DNA of 55,278 nucleotides, filler included, from Sphacelaria rigidula (Eukaryota), in the NCBI GenBank assembly GCA_964200075.2. It is 6 parts of 6 records of this genome, joined end to end, with 100 filler letters (N's around TTAATTAATTAA, not from the genome) between each part and the next. Parts side by side here need not be neighbours in the genome. Positions count along the whole stretch, not along the records: positions 36,921 to 46,049 come from CAXNAA020009231.1; positions 46,150 to 55,278 come from CAXNAA020009232.1; 4 more parts are not named here. One strand, given 5' to 3'. Made by a program: the position numbers and the translations under genes. The notes below the pieces were generated by a model. The model did no database searches, was not told where the DNA came from, and saw only the letters and a program-made list of their open reading frames with translations. Within the stretch, counting starts at the first letter, position 1, and the number at the start of each line of letters is the position of its first letter. Below, one piece after another: positions 43,642-55,278 of the stretch.

Positions 43642-44082
43642 CCCTTGAACCGCGGGGAGGGTAGTCCATCTGGGTCATGCGTACTTTCTTCGAGTGAAAT
43701 TGATTTGGGCACAACACATGACCTACTCTCGCCGTCTACGGTCATCTTACTATATGCGATATTTTCGAGTAAAATTGATGCTGACTCAACAGATGCACGG
43801 TTAGGATGAATCATCACGACTCACAATCACCAAATCCACGATTTCTTCGACCTGATTGCCCAAAGCGGAGAAAAAAGTTGACCGCTGATCCGAGGGGTAT
43901 CCACGCAACTTTTGAGCCATTCAACGTGTCTGCGCTGCGTGTACCAGGGTTGCAACGCTGAAAACAAAGCCAAGGGATCGATACGTACGAGTCGAATCAA
44001 GTATACTAAAACCAAGTAATTTCCAGACGAATCATTATGTGTCCGATCCTTGAACAGATGACCCATGCACGTGGTCAAAGGG
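43642..44082. mobile_element. piggyBac-type non-autonomous element (441 bp)
   Basis: TCAA|CCCTTGAACCGCG...CGTGGTCAAAGGG|TTGA. Internal parts recur at 36750-36820 (+) and 45880-46049 (-). Confidence 0.75.
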
Positions 44083-46049
44083 TTGAAATGTGTGGTGTGC
44101 GCCAAGCCTTCACGACTTGAAGCGTCCCCACCCGCAAGGCGCACCAAGCTTACTAAATCACGAGGAGCAAAAGCAAGTGCAAGTGAATGTCACCAGATGT
44201 GCTCAAGACGTTACGATTAGCAATTCCGATCCATGTCGACAAAATGTTGCTTGACCTTATTTACGTTCACAGGCATCGCAATCGCGTTTCAAGGATAGCA
44301 TCCCCATGCAAATGCTGGCGGCGAAATATGCTGTTCGTACATGATATTTTCATTTTTTTTCAGCGATTATTTTTGGCTCACCCGAACAACTTTTATGCAA
44401 AGCAAGAACAAATGCGGCGCAACTGCTTCCCGCCATGTCATTCTAGTTCATTTTATTTTTTTGTGCAAAGTTTCACTTGTGTTTCACCGCGTAGACGGGA
44501 AAACTTACGTGCTTGAGCAGTTGGCGTTTTGGCTGACTCGACACTTCGGCTGCGTAACTCGGAAGGAAAAGGATACTTCGTCGATTCAGCGCAAATCTGT
44601 ACAGACGACAAAGCACACACGTGTTGAGTGTCGAAACGCTGTTCGTTTTTAGACGTCGCAGGGATGAACCGACCCACCCAAGTAGCCGTACACTATGATA
44701 TCTACTCGGGTTGCACGTCGTGATACTGCGATTTTCCCCTGGAAGGTGCCAATCTTACAGGACACACTCGCGCAGGCGCACTGTACAGTCACTCTGGATG
44801 CGCCTCCCTGCATGGGGCATGCCTAGAAAAACAGAGAGAGTCGGAGGTTTCCGAGCCAGGGACGATGTAGAAAACACGAAACTCAACAAAAATCGAGCAA
44901 AATACGGTAGAAGACATGAGCGCAACAAAGATTCAGAGAACACGGTAAAAAGAAAAGTCACCGTTCCTGCCGAAAAAAAAAGCCGTGTGTTTTTCAGCTT
45001 GGTGAGCACACTTTTCATCACTTTGCACCAAGCTGTGCTGTGCCGTACTGTTCCGACTGTTGTACTCGCCCATGTTGCACCGCATGCACACTTGAAGATG
45101 AATGTATGAAAAAAATTGGCGTTCTACTGACCGCTAGGCCGGCTTATGACTTTCGTGATCGATTTTACTGGGCAAGAATGCGAGGCATTGACCACCGCAC
45201 CCAGGCGCGCTGAGTTTTGATTCTAGAGGCGCCTTTGCACATGAGAGAGCTAGAGAACAGCAATGGGTTCCTAGTATTCGATAATACCCTTCAGCCAGAA
45301 TGATGATGAAAAGATGATGCTTAATTAATCACGAGAAATGAATGTGACAAGTCACGCGAAAACATGGACGGTTGTCCCAGCTGTGAAATCAGGCACTTTC
45401 GTCACTTGTACGATACTGTATTTCGCTGTCGTGCTTGGAAGCATGAGGTGAGCTCATCACGTGACGAGAAGTCGATGAATCAGGTCGATGGCTTTCTTTC
45501 GATCACAATATTTGCGGCGATGGTTTCATTTACCCCCACTGTGGCTTTCGAGCGACCGCGACGGCCATACAACGGTCGCAAACAGCGATTGTGCGACCAA
45601 TCCATTATGTTCGGCTATCTTCAGTGGGGCACTGCTGCTGTTCCACGTTACCTGAACAGCCAACAGGGCAAACCCCGAAAAACTGGTCCAGTCCATGCCC
45701 CACCGGCGTCTTTGCATGCCGGCGGCCAGTAGTATAAGCTTTTTCGACCGACATGAAAATGTGAGTCGTGTCCCTGCGAGGCGTCTCGATGATGGTTTCA
45801 TCGCCTATCGCGGCGTGTAAGCAGAACGCGTATCTGGGCAGGGAACAGCCAGGTGTACTTGTTGTGGTACTTGAGATTCCAGCAAGGGTCTGACAAATGA
45901 TGATTCGTCTAGAAATTACTTGGCTTTAGTGTGATGAGTCGACTCGTATGTCTCAATCCCTAGAGGCTTTATTTCAGCGTTGCAACCCATGTACACGCAG
46001 CCCAGACACGTGGAATGGCGCAAAAGTTGCGTGGATACCCCTTGGACCA

Positions 46050-46149
46050 NNNNNNNNNNNNNNNNNNNNNNNNNNNNNNNNNNNNNNNNNNNNTTAATTA
46101 ATTAANNNNNNNNNNNNNNNNNNNNNNNNNNNNNNNNNNNNNNNNNNNN
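46050..46149. other. Artificial contig linker
   Basis: 44N-TTAATTAATTAA-44N. Confidence 0.98.
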
Positions 46150-46224
46150 AGTCACTAGAAGCGAATGATCAAAGCCACTCTCAATCGTATCATCTACTCT
46201 CAATCTCACGAAAACACTGTTTAC

Positions 46225-46935
46225 CGTAACTCTCCGTATTGTGTGATATTTGGACGTGCGCCGCGTACCGCGCGTTTTCCGCGGTGGCTTCTGTCCCTGG
46301 CGGCGAGTGGAACGTCGATGTCATGGATGCTGACAGGTTGCGTGATAAGATTCGAGGCGTGGTTGACGAGCAAGTGCGGTTTTGTAACGAAGTGCAAGCT
46401 GCTGTCGCGGTGTCTCGCGAAACCAAAGACAAGCTCAGGGCCAGGCTGTGTTGCCCAAGTTTGCAGCTGGAGATTTCGTCTTGTATGCCGGTGTTCGTGG
46501 GCAAGGTGTGACGCCCGAGTTGATGCCCACATGGACAGGTCCGTGGCGAGTGGTCTTAGCCGATCACACTCGCGTGTATTCGGTGCAAAACATTGTTTCC
46601 GACGCCGTACACTCGACCCATGTCGCTCGTTTGCGTTTCTATGCTGACTCATAGTTGCACATCACTGCGGAACAAAAAAATGTATTTCACCATTCGTATA
46701 TGCTCAAGGTGAATGTCGGATGAATGCTTTGGTGCACGTCGCTTAGGATGACAATGAATGGTGATATCATTCTGTCGGCCGATTAGGATGGGTTCGGTGC
46801 TGAAGAACGTACGCGGAGTCTCTTCGCAGCACTCATTCTTCTGCGCCTGAATTTGTTTTGAAGAAGCTGCGTAAGGTGCGGTTGATTCGGGCGCTGACAA
46901 GTAAATTAGCGTCGGAGTATGGCATTTCTTTGTGA
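46225..46935 (+). mobile_element. Ty3/gypsy integrase C-terminus plus chromodomain, decayed
   Basis: SPYCVIFGRAPRT...LPKFAAGDFVLYA...LMPTWTGPWRVV (GPY/F module)...HVARLRFYADS*, then chromodomain-like D*DGFGAEERT/ESL...SAPEFV/KKLRK...EYGISL*. Confidence 0.85.
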
Positions 46936-47304
46936 TCTGGCGCATGCGATTTCGCCTTTGATTTTGTTGGTCGTCAAGCTCATTCGTTTGTCTTGAACTC
47001 GATTTGAGGGTGGTGTAGCCAAATGATACCGAGTCGAAAGGTTTCAGGATAACCGCATGCATGATTAGAGCAGTGGCAGGGGACAGTGGATCCTGCATTG
47101 ATGGCCCTTGCTGTCTGGCCCCTTGCTGTCTGGCTCGTGATCTGTTGAGGATCACTCCATGAAATGCGAAGTTAGAAGAAAGGAATTATCGAGCACAAGG
47201 CCAGTGATACTGGAGGAGTTCTTCGCTGGAGGTCCTCTTGTCCAGATTGTCTGGCAGAGGCTATAAGGGGTAACGACTTGCGGTGTATTCAGTTGGAGTT
47301 TCAC

Positions 47305-47549
47305 TTGGATACATACGTTGATGCAGACTACGCTTATAGGACGGAGGACCGACGTTCCGTTTTTAGTGTAGCTTTCTGCAGCGGAGGTACGCTAGGGTCT
47401 CGGTTTTCTTGGGCACAAAAGTGCGACATATCATCTACCCCTGAGGTCGAGTAAGTATATTGTAGCGATGGCAGGTGGTGTAAAGGAGGTCCTGTATGTG
47501 AAGGGGGTTCTGACGTTCCTGGTGCCCAGTTTGGGGCCGAAAAGCATTG
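47305..47549 (+). mobile_element. Ty1/copia RNase H relic
   Basis: LDTYVDADYAYRTEDRRSV...GG...FSWAQKC..SSTPEVE*/VAMAGGVKEVLYVKGVL. Confidence 0.88.
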
Positions 47550-47551
47550 AA

Positions 47552-47971
47552 CAGCGGGTTCTCGAAAATGGGGTTGAAAAACAAAATGAGGTTCAACTCA
47601 AAAGCCGTGCTTTCCCTGACGTAAATTCATGACAAATGACTTTCATACGGACCACCCCATACCTCCCGACCTCTTTAAACCTATTTTGAGGGATTTCTAG
47701 CCTTCCGTTTCTTCGAAGGGAATGTGCGAAAGCACGATTTTGGGGACAAAACACGTCCTTTTCTTCACCCCGAAATCGAGGCAAAAATGTGTTTCCGCAC
47801 ATACCCTTTTGGGGGAATGGAAGGCTATAATCCCTCGAAATAGTTTTAGGGAGGTCGGAAGGGATGGGGTGGTCCATATGAAAGTCATTTGTCATGAACT
47901 TAGGTCAGGGAAAGCACGGTTTTTGAGTTGAACCTCCTTTTGTTTTCAACCCCATTTTTGAAAATCCACTG
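47552..47971. mobile_element. 420-bp foldback MITE truncating the copia relic
   Basis: CAGCGGGTTCTCGAAAATGGGGTTGAAAA...TTTTCAACCCCATTTTTGAAAATCCACTG with arms of about 190 bp; flanks TGAA and TTAA. Confidence 0.85.
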
Positions 47972-48159
47972 TTAACAATGTTTGCTACTGTGACAAACAG
48001 TCACGTGAATCTGCACGTGTGTATCTGCAGCTTGTTTTACTCGGACACCTTGCGCGTGTGCGCATCTTACTAAGGTTGCAGCCCATTGAACATACCTAGG
48101 AAGGTGTGGAGACTATCCATATATTTATCCCTATTACAACATGCTATTGATGTGTTGCA

Positions 48160-48610
48160 ATCTTTTTGCACCCAAAACTGGATGGTCAAACGAGCCCCAC
48201 TTAATATTATTTGCTCCCGAAATGTGACAGCTATACTGGGCCCAAGATCTACTACCGCTCCCGGAAAAGCAAACGGAAGGTCCCTATACCACATTGCTTT
48301 GGGGAAAAGCTGCTCAATTACGATACAAGAAAAATCATCATACATACCGTTCGGAGAAAAACGATCCAATTCAAGGCACGTGCCGGCAGACCATTGAGGA
48401 AGAACAGCGACTGCAGTCAAGAAACAACGTTATCAACAACAAGCTTGATTTATTCTTTATCAACGCACAAACCCAAGTGAAAATTACGACGAAAAAGCGA
48501 TGGCGTGCAGAGTACCTGCGTGGCAAGGGCTCTGTTGTGTAGGCGTTGTTTCTCCAGCCAACCAACACTGCCAACCCCGCCACGGTCCCCGAAGCCTTTT
48601 CCTTCGGCGT
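48160..48610 (-). pseudogene. Putative TET/JBP-like 2OG-Fe(II) dioxygenase relic
   Basis: GLAVLVGWRNNAYTTEPLPRRY (GWR at 48559-48551), then M-Y-D-D-FSCIVI (one transition from HxD), FAFPGAVVDLGPSIAVTF and GARLTIQFWVQK. Recognised by eye. Confidence 0.4.
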
Positions 48611-49259
48611 TCAACTATGGTCCGGCCATTCAAGGGCTGAATCACTTCACCGCTAAACACATGGACATACGAGACACAGTTTTGAATCCAGAATATGATA
48701 CCGCTTCCACAGGTGCACACACCCGAGCAGTCAAAGTGGCGTGATTCGTGAAGCTACAACAGCGCATGTGTTGTACAACCATTCCCATATCGACCCTTTG
48801 ACCATATGTCCCAACCAAATTTACCCACAAACAAATCGCATTCGGAGATCTTCTCTATTAGAAATCTCTGCAAATAAAGTAGCGGAGTCAACACATTGGT
48901 GTACAAGCGACTAACTAGAACGCTCTCACGCGTGGTTTCCTACCCATTCCCTCCTATTTACCCACACCAGTCATTGAAGGCGTATGTGCGCGGTCGACGA
49001 GCAAATGCACCATGCGCTCATGATGAAACCCCACATAAACACGTGTGTAGATACCTGCTTCAATCTAATTTCCCCGTCGAATTTTTACGACCACTCCACA
49101 ATTCTCCGCCTTCCCACAAGAACACGAGAATGGAGGATTCTCGTGGTTAATGCATGGGATCGTTCGTTTTGATGATCCCGTACATTGATGTCAGTCTCGA
49201 CCCTTTGCCTGCGGAGATTTCGGGTCCATTCATTGCCGCTCTCTCCTTTGCGCTTCAAA

Positions 49260-49640
49260 AAGAACCATACGACTTTCGAACTGTCATGTATTAACTCAAA
49301 TCAACTTGGGCGTTGCGCAGTCGACGAAGAGTTGACATACTTACTCCTGAGACTGGCACACATACAATTTGTCACCAGTGACTTTCGCCTACGAAGTGGC
49401 GCTTAAGCCGCAATTGTTCTCGGGCACTTGGACAAATGGTTCGACAGTGCTGCGAGACAAATGCAGAACCGTTGCCCCTACAAGCTGACACTGTCCCTTA
49501 CCCTTGGAGCGCCCCGTGAAAAAAAATCCCTGCATACAGCACACCACAGTCAACGTGCACATCTCTGCGTGTCTGGAGCCCTTGAGCGATGGGATCCAAC
49601 CATGTGCACTTCGACTGTAGACCCTTCAAGAACAACCTCT
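49260..49640 (-). pseudogene. Putative KDZ (Kyakuja-Dileera-Zisupton) transposase catalytic-core relic
   Basis: In order: VHVDCGVLYAGIFF, (C)RGNGSAF (cf. YDNxC), RHFVGESHW (cf. VDxFHW), NSSS/RNAQVDLS*YMT (cf. NS...EQ.N...l.YM). Coding-like decayed sequence continues upstream to about 51500. Confidence 0.4.
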
Positions 49641-52600
49641 CGCTACAGCGCATCACACATATATGCGCGGGTGCAACGACACTTTCTTGTACGGAACGGC
49701 GTGATAATGGGAACCGTGAGGTGGTAGGTATGTGCGAACGCGCCTGTAAGAAACGGTCCCGCAAACATGTCCTGTACCTCCCCGAGGCAGTAAATGATTG
49801 TTGTGAAGCTCCTCCATACCCGACGCGTTCATCTCGTATATAGACGAGACAGCGCTCAAGAGGGCAGGCAAGCCCAGGCAGGCCACCAACGAACCAGAAA
49901 CCTCTCAGGGCAAAAAACGAGCCACCAATTATGTAATGATACTTTGAGCAGCAGGGGCGGGGAGCAATTTGTCAACGCTTTCGCTTTCTGATACATTTAT
50001 GTTGTACTCGCATGCCTGTTCTTGGATGGCATAAACCACGCATGTTTACACGTGTTGCACTTTTCGCGACCCATGTGGACTAGAAGTACCTGGCCTGAGA
50101 GTGGTGCGGCAACCATCAGTCACTGACCGCAGCGAAAATGGACTAATGTTCGCCCAACAGTCGACTAAAAAGTGGGAGGTAAACTTGACGAGATTACCCA
50201 AGGGCATCCGCTAACATACTCAATTGAAGTACTTGTCAATACTTCATTTAAACAAGGCGTGCGTTCCTCACGCCATTAACGAAGTGAGCACGTCGTTAAT
50301 AAAAAAAGTCGACCAACAGGCCATGAACAGTAGTCAACAAACGACGCATATAGCGATATTCTACGGTGATAACAATTCGACTTTGCTTCCTACGATATGT
50401 TGTTCTTATCTCAACGCCACCATCACAATATATGTAGTTCACATCACTGCCCTATGACGACTCTTCAAGACATCCCTACGGCGAGAACGAACCAGCAGCG
50501 TATACGATACGACCTCCGTCTACAATCGGGGAAAAACAAGAGGTAGGTGTTCATTCTTGCATGTAGACGGTTCTTCAGTACATAACCGCCCTGCGGCGTG
50601 CTATGTTCTGCACTCACGGCACACAGGCAGCCTACTCGGCTCTTGGACAGACCGATCACGCGTCAAAATGTACCTCGAGTGGATTCGCTATCGCAATCTC
50701 AAGAGTTGCATCCCTCGCCGACGCCATCTCCATGCTCTCTCAGCCCTCCCCCGCCCCCCACGTTATAGGCGAATCGTCCTCGGGGAACTTAGACTGTGAT
50801 GCTTGTGGTAGAGATGCCATGTGCAGGGGCGACCATCACTGGGGAATCGTTCGAAGCAACTGTACCGCGTGTGCGCGCATGTCTCCCATGGTTCAACGAC
50901 GTTCCACTCTTGATGCCGCGGGCTTCGGTGCAGGTCTTGTAGAAACTTCTGCAGCCGAAATGAATTGTGATCTGCGTGACGCACAGCAGCAGGACGACGT
51001 GACGACGGCAGTTCGAAAAGCGTCGGTCTACAGCGAAAGTGTTGAAATTCTTGTTGTCAAAGCTGTGGTGCAGGCTTACAATATGCTTCTTCAATAGAGT
51101 GATCAGTGCTCTGTGCGGCAAGATAGCAGCCTCGACGACAGAAGGTCTGGAAATGTAGGCGTGGAACATATGCTTTTCTGCGCCTGGGATAAATGAATTG
51201 CGTCGTTGGTACGCCAGCGCAGGACACATACGTTGCCAAGATCTCAATGCACCACCTTGAAGTTGGTATGTGCAGCACGAACATTACGTGAGCAACCTAT
51301 ATTCATGTACTACATCGCAATATAAACAGAAGGTTCGTGAGGCGAGGGTTATGCTTGCGAAATGAGAATCAGGTTGTTGTTTCATGTCGTTGCAACTTTG
51401 GTGGCAACGATGAACGATTGAGAGCTTCTGCAGCAGAACTTGAATGATCGCCTTCAAAATGTGGTCATGACAATATAGCCCATTAGCCGCGAAGCAGTCC
51501 ATTCGAATTTATGTATACTGCCCGACATCTCTCCTCCGCATACAATTTTTCTGTACAGAGTTGCTTCAACAAATAAAAGATCGGTACAACGTTCCAAGGG
51601 TGTGTTGTTTAGGGTAAACACCCGGGTATCTACTCTCCCGAATCTTGTTTTGGGATGGTCTGATCTCTAAACTCCACCCAAATCATTGGCAAGGTCTGGT
51701 ACCATGGCATCACTCTTACCAAAAACCTTGGCATCTTTGAGTACGATGTCAGTAGTGTACATAAATTTGGGGTGCTTAGACCAACATTTATGGCAACGAA
51801 TCTCGGGTTATTTGAGACCCCGCTGTCGGAGAAATCGGGGGAAACTCAAATTCGTGAACTCAAAATCGGGGGGACCGTTTTATGGTACAGACAGTATCAC
51901 AGATTTTTTGAATAGTTCTGCACACAGACGGTCATTTTCTGCATGAGTGTGGTACTGCGTACTCGTGATGAAGACGAAGAGCAGACAGGTGGTGACTAAT
52001 CCTTTGAGTACAGTGACATAGCTTGGTATCCTAGGGTCATACAGTGCAGGACACTCCATCAGTACAGTACATGATACTGCCGTTTGGTGGTACATGATGG
52101 CACAGTCGATATTGCGAGAACATTGAACACACAGTGTGCGAGCAGAGTTCAGTAGTGCAATGCCGTACATCACCCCTCAAGTACAGCGACAACAGGCTAG
52201 GGGAGAACAGTAGCGTTCGTAATAGTGATACATATGGCAGCGCAGCGCAGCATGGATATGATCATCGCCGCAGGGTACGGCGTCAGCATTTATTATCCGA
52301 TTGTAAAACCCCGTCCGAAGCTGCTTCAGAAGCTAGCGCGGGCAGGCCCGCCCTGCGCTGTCACGTCGCTCTCTTCTGCTGCCGTTTCAAAAATGTCAAA
52401 CGCCTCGTACCCTACCAGTGTACGTCAACACACGTACGTGATCTCAAAAAAATCGAGAGGAGTCACGATCTCGGCGGGATTCCCCCAGATTTTTCGAAAA
52501 AATCGGGGGAAACCGTCTCTGCGATGACTTTACGATTTTTTCGCCCCCGATTTGATCCGAATCGGGGTCCATAAAGTGCGTTCCCCGTTTTGTTTCTCCC

Positions 52601-52890
52601 GATGCTCGACAAAATCGAGATTGGTGACTGCCAGAAAATATGTTCTTCCAGTAAAAGCTTTCAAAATCTAGGAATACCCTAACCAACACACCTTTGCGAC
52701 GTTTGGTCGAAAAGTCAGTGTAAGGCCCGAGTGACCTACCCTGGCAGTTAAAGGGGTGCTATCATTTCACGAAATGCATTCATTCACTGGTCGTCGTTGT
52801 GTAGGCAGGGTTGCCCGTAGACTTGAAATGGAAAAATAGGGACCCCCACCTCGAATTTTAACTTTGGGCACTCCAAAGTTGAGCTGTTAT

Positions 52891-53550
52891 AACCCTTAGG
52901 CAGCGAGCGTCGCATCGGAACTGTTCCACAGGCTGACAGTCCGGAGACATGCGAAGGTTTCCAGTGGCCGGGAGGGGTGTTTTTTCAGGGGGCGGGGGGC
53001 AGAGGGGGTCTGTTCGCAGAGCAGCCGAAAGCTCACCGAGTCAACCACGTGTGTTTGGAAGTTTCCCGCGGAAGATCCTCAGCCAGGCACGAGGCCCGAG
53101 AGGCGCAGAGTGACCATTCTGACTAATCACGGCCGTCAAAATGAGCACATAGTTGCCCTGTAGGTGGACTACGGGAGGACTGCTTTGCTGTCCACCGGTA
53201 TATCTCATTTTGGTCATCGAAATTCAACCATAGATTACATGGGTACAGATAACTTGTTTTGTACTCTGCTCGAGGTCTGTGCGGCCAGTCTGACGCCTCA
53301 TGCGTTGCCAGCATAGCTCCACACCGTCTATAGTGTTGTTGTTGAACACTCAGTAAACGCATTAGCAGCATGAAGTAAACTGTGTTCAGTGGAGAGCGAC
53401 GGCACGCTGACAGTTTTTTGTTGTATCCAGCAGAGACATAACGCACACGTATTGACTCTGTACGCTCTTGTCTACACGGTCAAAATCGGTCAGGGGTTTT
53501 TCAGAACTGTGTTCTATATATAGATGCTCAGCATCCAAAAGATTACCAAA
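52891..53550 (-). mobile_element. Family B element arm (second copy)
   Basis: Reverse complement of 28085-28737. Confidence 0.75.
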
Positions 53551-54139
53551 AAAAGCGTTTTGTGTAGCGAGGAGGGAGCTGTTCTAAACGCCAAATGTGG
53601 CACGGTCCAGCTCAGTCCACGTTTCGGGGGGGCTCGCCGTCTACACTTATCGGTATCTCGACCGGTTCAAAAAGGGTGAACAGCGACACTCATCGATATC
53701 TCGACCGATGTATACACTTCTTGCGTATCTTTGCATACTACAGTGCACCCTCCGCTTCCATGTGTGACACTAGCTACCCTGCCTCGTAGTACCGCGAAGT
53801 ACTGTCTGTGGATCCGTGAACAAAGATTCCGATAGGTACTGCCAGAGACACTGCCTAAAACGCTGGGTGCTTCAAGATGATCTGTGAGTATAGCAGTCCG
53901 CACTACGTGGTATTACATGAAACACCTCAATGAGAACAGTTTTATGTCGGTCCGAACCATATGTCCATACCTATGATATCGGTTCCCACTGTGCAGTGGG
54001 GTCTCCGCAGAGTGCTGTGGGTGGTCAGCCGCCATTACCGCACTATGCTGGGATCTCGGGTCACAGCGGTAGCGAAAGTGCTTGATGTTGTGTGGCATTG
54101 CGAACATGTGACGAGTGATTGTGACCGCGCCTATGACGG

Positions 54140-54910
54140 GGCTTCAACCTCAACGCTGGGCTTGATTGACCTTGAAGTTGAAGGTTCGACTTGAAGATCC
54201 GAATCAGGTGTCAGGCGTTCATGACGATTCAACTTTAATTCCGTACGCCTTTGATTTGCATCTTGAAGCTACGAGTTTGAGATCGTGAAGATTTAACTTA
54301 AAGACCGTCCCCATGAGCGTTCAATTCGAGCGTGGGAGATTTAAGTTGAACCTGCACTAGAACGTCGGGCTTTCAGATTGAAACTCACACCTGAAATCTG
54401 AACGAACTCCGGTTTTGAAGTTGAGCGTTGCTGTTTAAACCTAACCCCAACCCTCACCCTGATCTTTGACTCCCACGCTCGCGCTTGCCCTGAACGTTCG
54501 AAAGTTGAAGTTGAAGGTCCGACGGTGGACTGCAACGCCCCATCTTTCAACTCAACGGTTCAGGTACAACCGAGGGCTTCAAAATTGAAGCTTGACGATC
54601 GTTGACTTGAGCGCTGGCGTTCAAGCCTCAAGCTGGCGGTTTAGGTTGAAGCCCCGCCCCGACCCTCGAGCCAAAGACTTGACTTCTGATCGACCTGCAA
54701 CATAAGCCCTTCATCTATCATTTCAACTCCAGAGTCGATGCTCCAAGCTAGAACTCGAGTCTTCGAGTTTAACGACCAAGCCTCAACTTGCAGCACATTC
54801 GTTCAACTTGAAGCTGAAGAGCTTCAACGTCAGAGTCAAGGCTTCAACGTGGAGCTTCACTTCAAACTGCGACCTTCACGTTGAACCGCTGACCGTCGAC
54901 TTGAAGAAGA
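54140..54910. repeat. Degenerate array of TTCAAC/GTTGAA-type short motifs in both orientations
   Basis: Dozens of CTTCAAC/GTTGAAG-like words, with an embedded CCTAAC-like stretch at about 54438-54462. Confidence 0.75.
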
Positions 54911-55278
54911 AGGTTCGTCTTTATTGCCTATTCTAGTACCTCCGTTCCCCGTCCTCCAACGAAGGCCATGACCGATCTTGTCAGTTCGGCGTGGGGAGGG
55001 TATTTTCGGCGGGTGTAGGGCCAGAATCACCTTCAAGGAGTGATTCCTCCTCACTACTGCCGTTGACCAAGGCTGTGGTAAGGTAGTAGAGTTGGGTCAG
55101 CACGGTGCTCATCAGACATGCCCACCCGTGTTGTAATGCAGCGGTATAATATGTCATACCCTTGAGTGCGGGCATATCCTGCGTTACACGCAGTACCATG
55201 TGTTATCACCCTGAGTGCGGGCATGTTGGGAAACGTTGTGTGCGCGGAGGCAGATGGCACCGCTGTCGAAAGCTGGCA

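Noticed and set aside
42996-43664. Longest ORF in the track (222 aa)
   Set aside because: No recognisable motif, atypical composition, lies in the presumed G-alpha intron and runs into a MITE.

Overview
This window is eukaryotic, repeat-rich, intron-rich DNA, most likely from a brown alga (Phaeophyceae). That assignment is inferred from a ROCO-type LRR cap exon, an ASAFAP-type plastid presequence, short exons in long GT-AG introns, and the repeat content. It is not one contiguous locus. Five identical 100-bp linkers (44 N + TTAATTAATTAA + 44 N) join six contigs of 9130, 9130, 9130, 9130, 9129 and 9129 bp, so neighbourhood across linkers means nothing. Host genes supported by spliced exons: (i) the 3' six exons of a divergent SERCA/P2A-type Ca2+-ATPase (minus strand, 10586-17903); (ii) two phase-1/phase-1 exons of an LRR protein resembling brown-algal LRR-ROCO proteins (minus, 20857-23360); (iii) a head-to-head pair of first exons, a plastid-targeted protein (minus, 40912-41108) and a probable G-protein alpha subunit (plus, 41903-41986). 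The rest is a nested transposon landscape: LINE 3' ends, two tRNA-derived SINE families, piggyBac-, Harbinger- and Tc1/mariner-type MITEs, LTR-like units, Ty3/gypsy integrase-chromodomain and Ty1/copia RNase H relics, and heavily decayed Penelope-like, Ginger2/KRBA2-like and piggyBac relics. The most intriguing but tentative signal is in contig 6: a decayed KDZ (Kyakuja-Dileera-Zisupton)-like transposase followed on the same strand by a TET/JBP-like 2OG-Fe(II) dioxygenase relic. All family assignments come from motifs recognised by eye; no database search was run.
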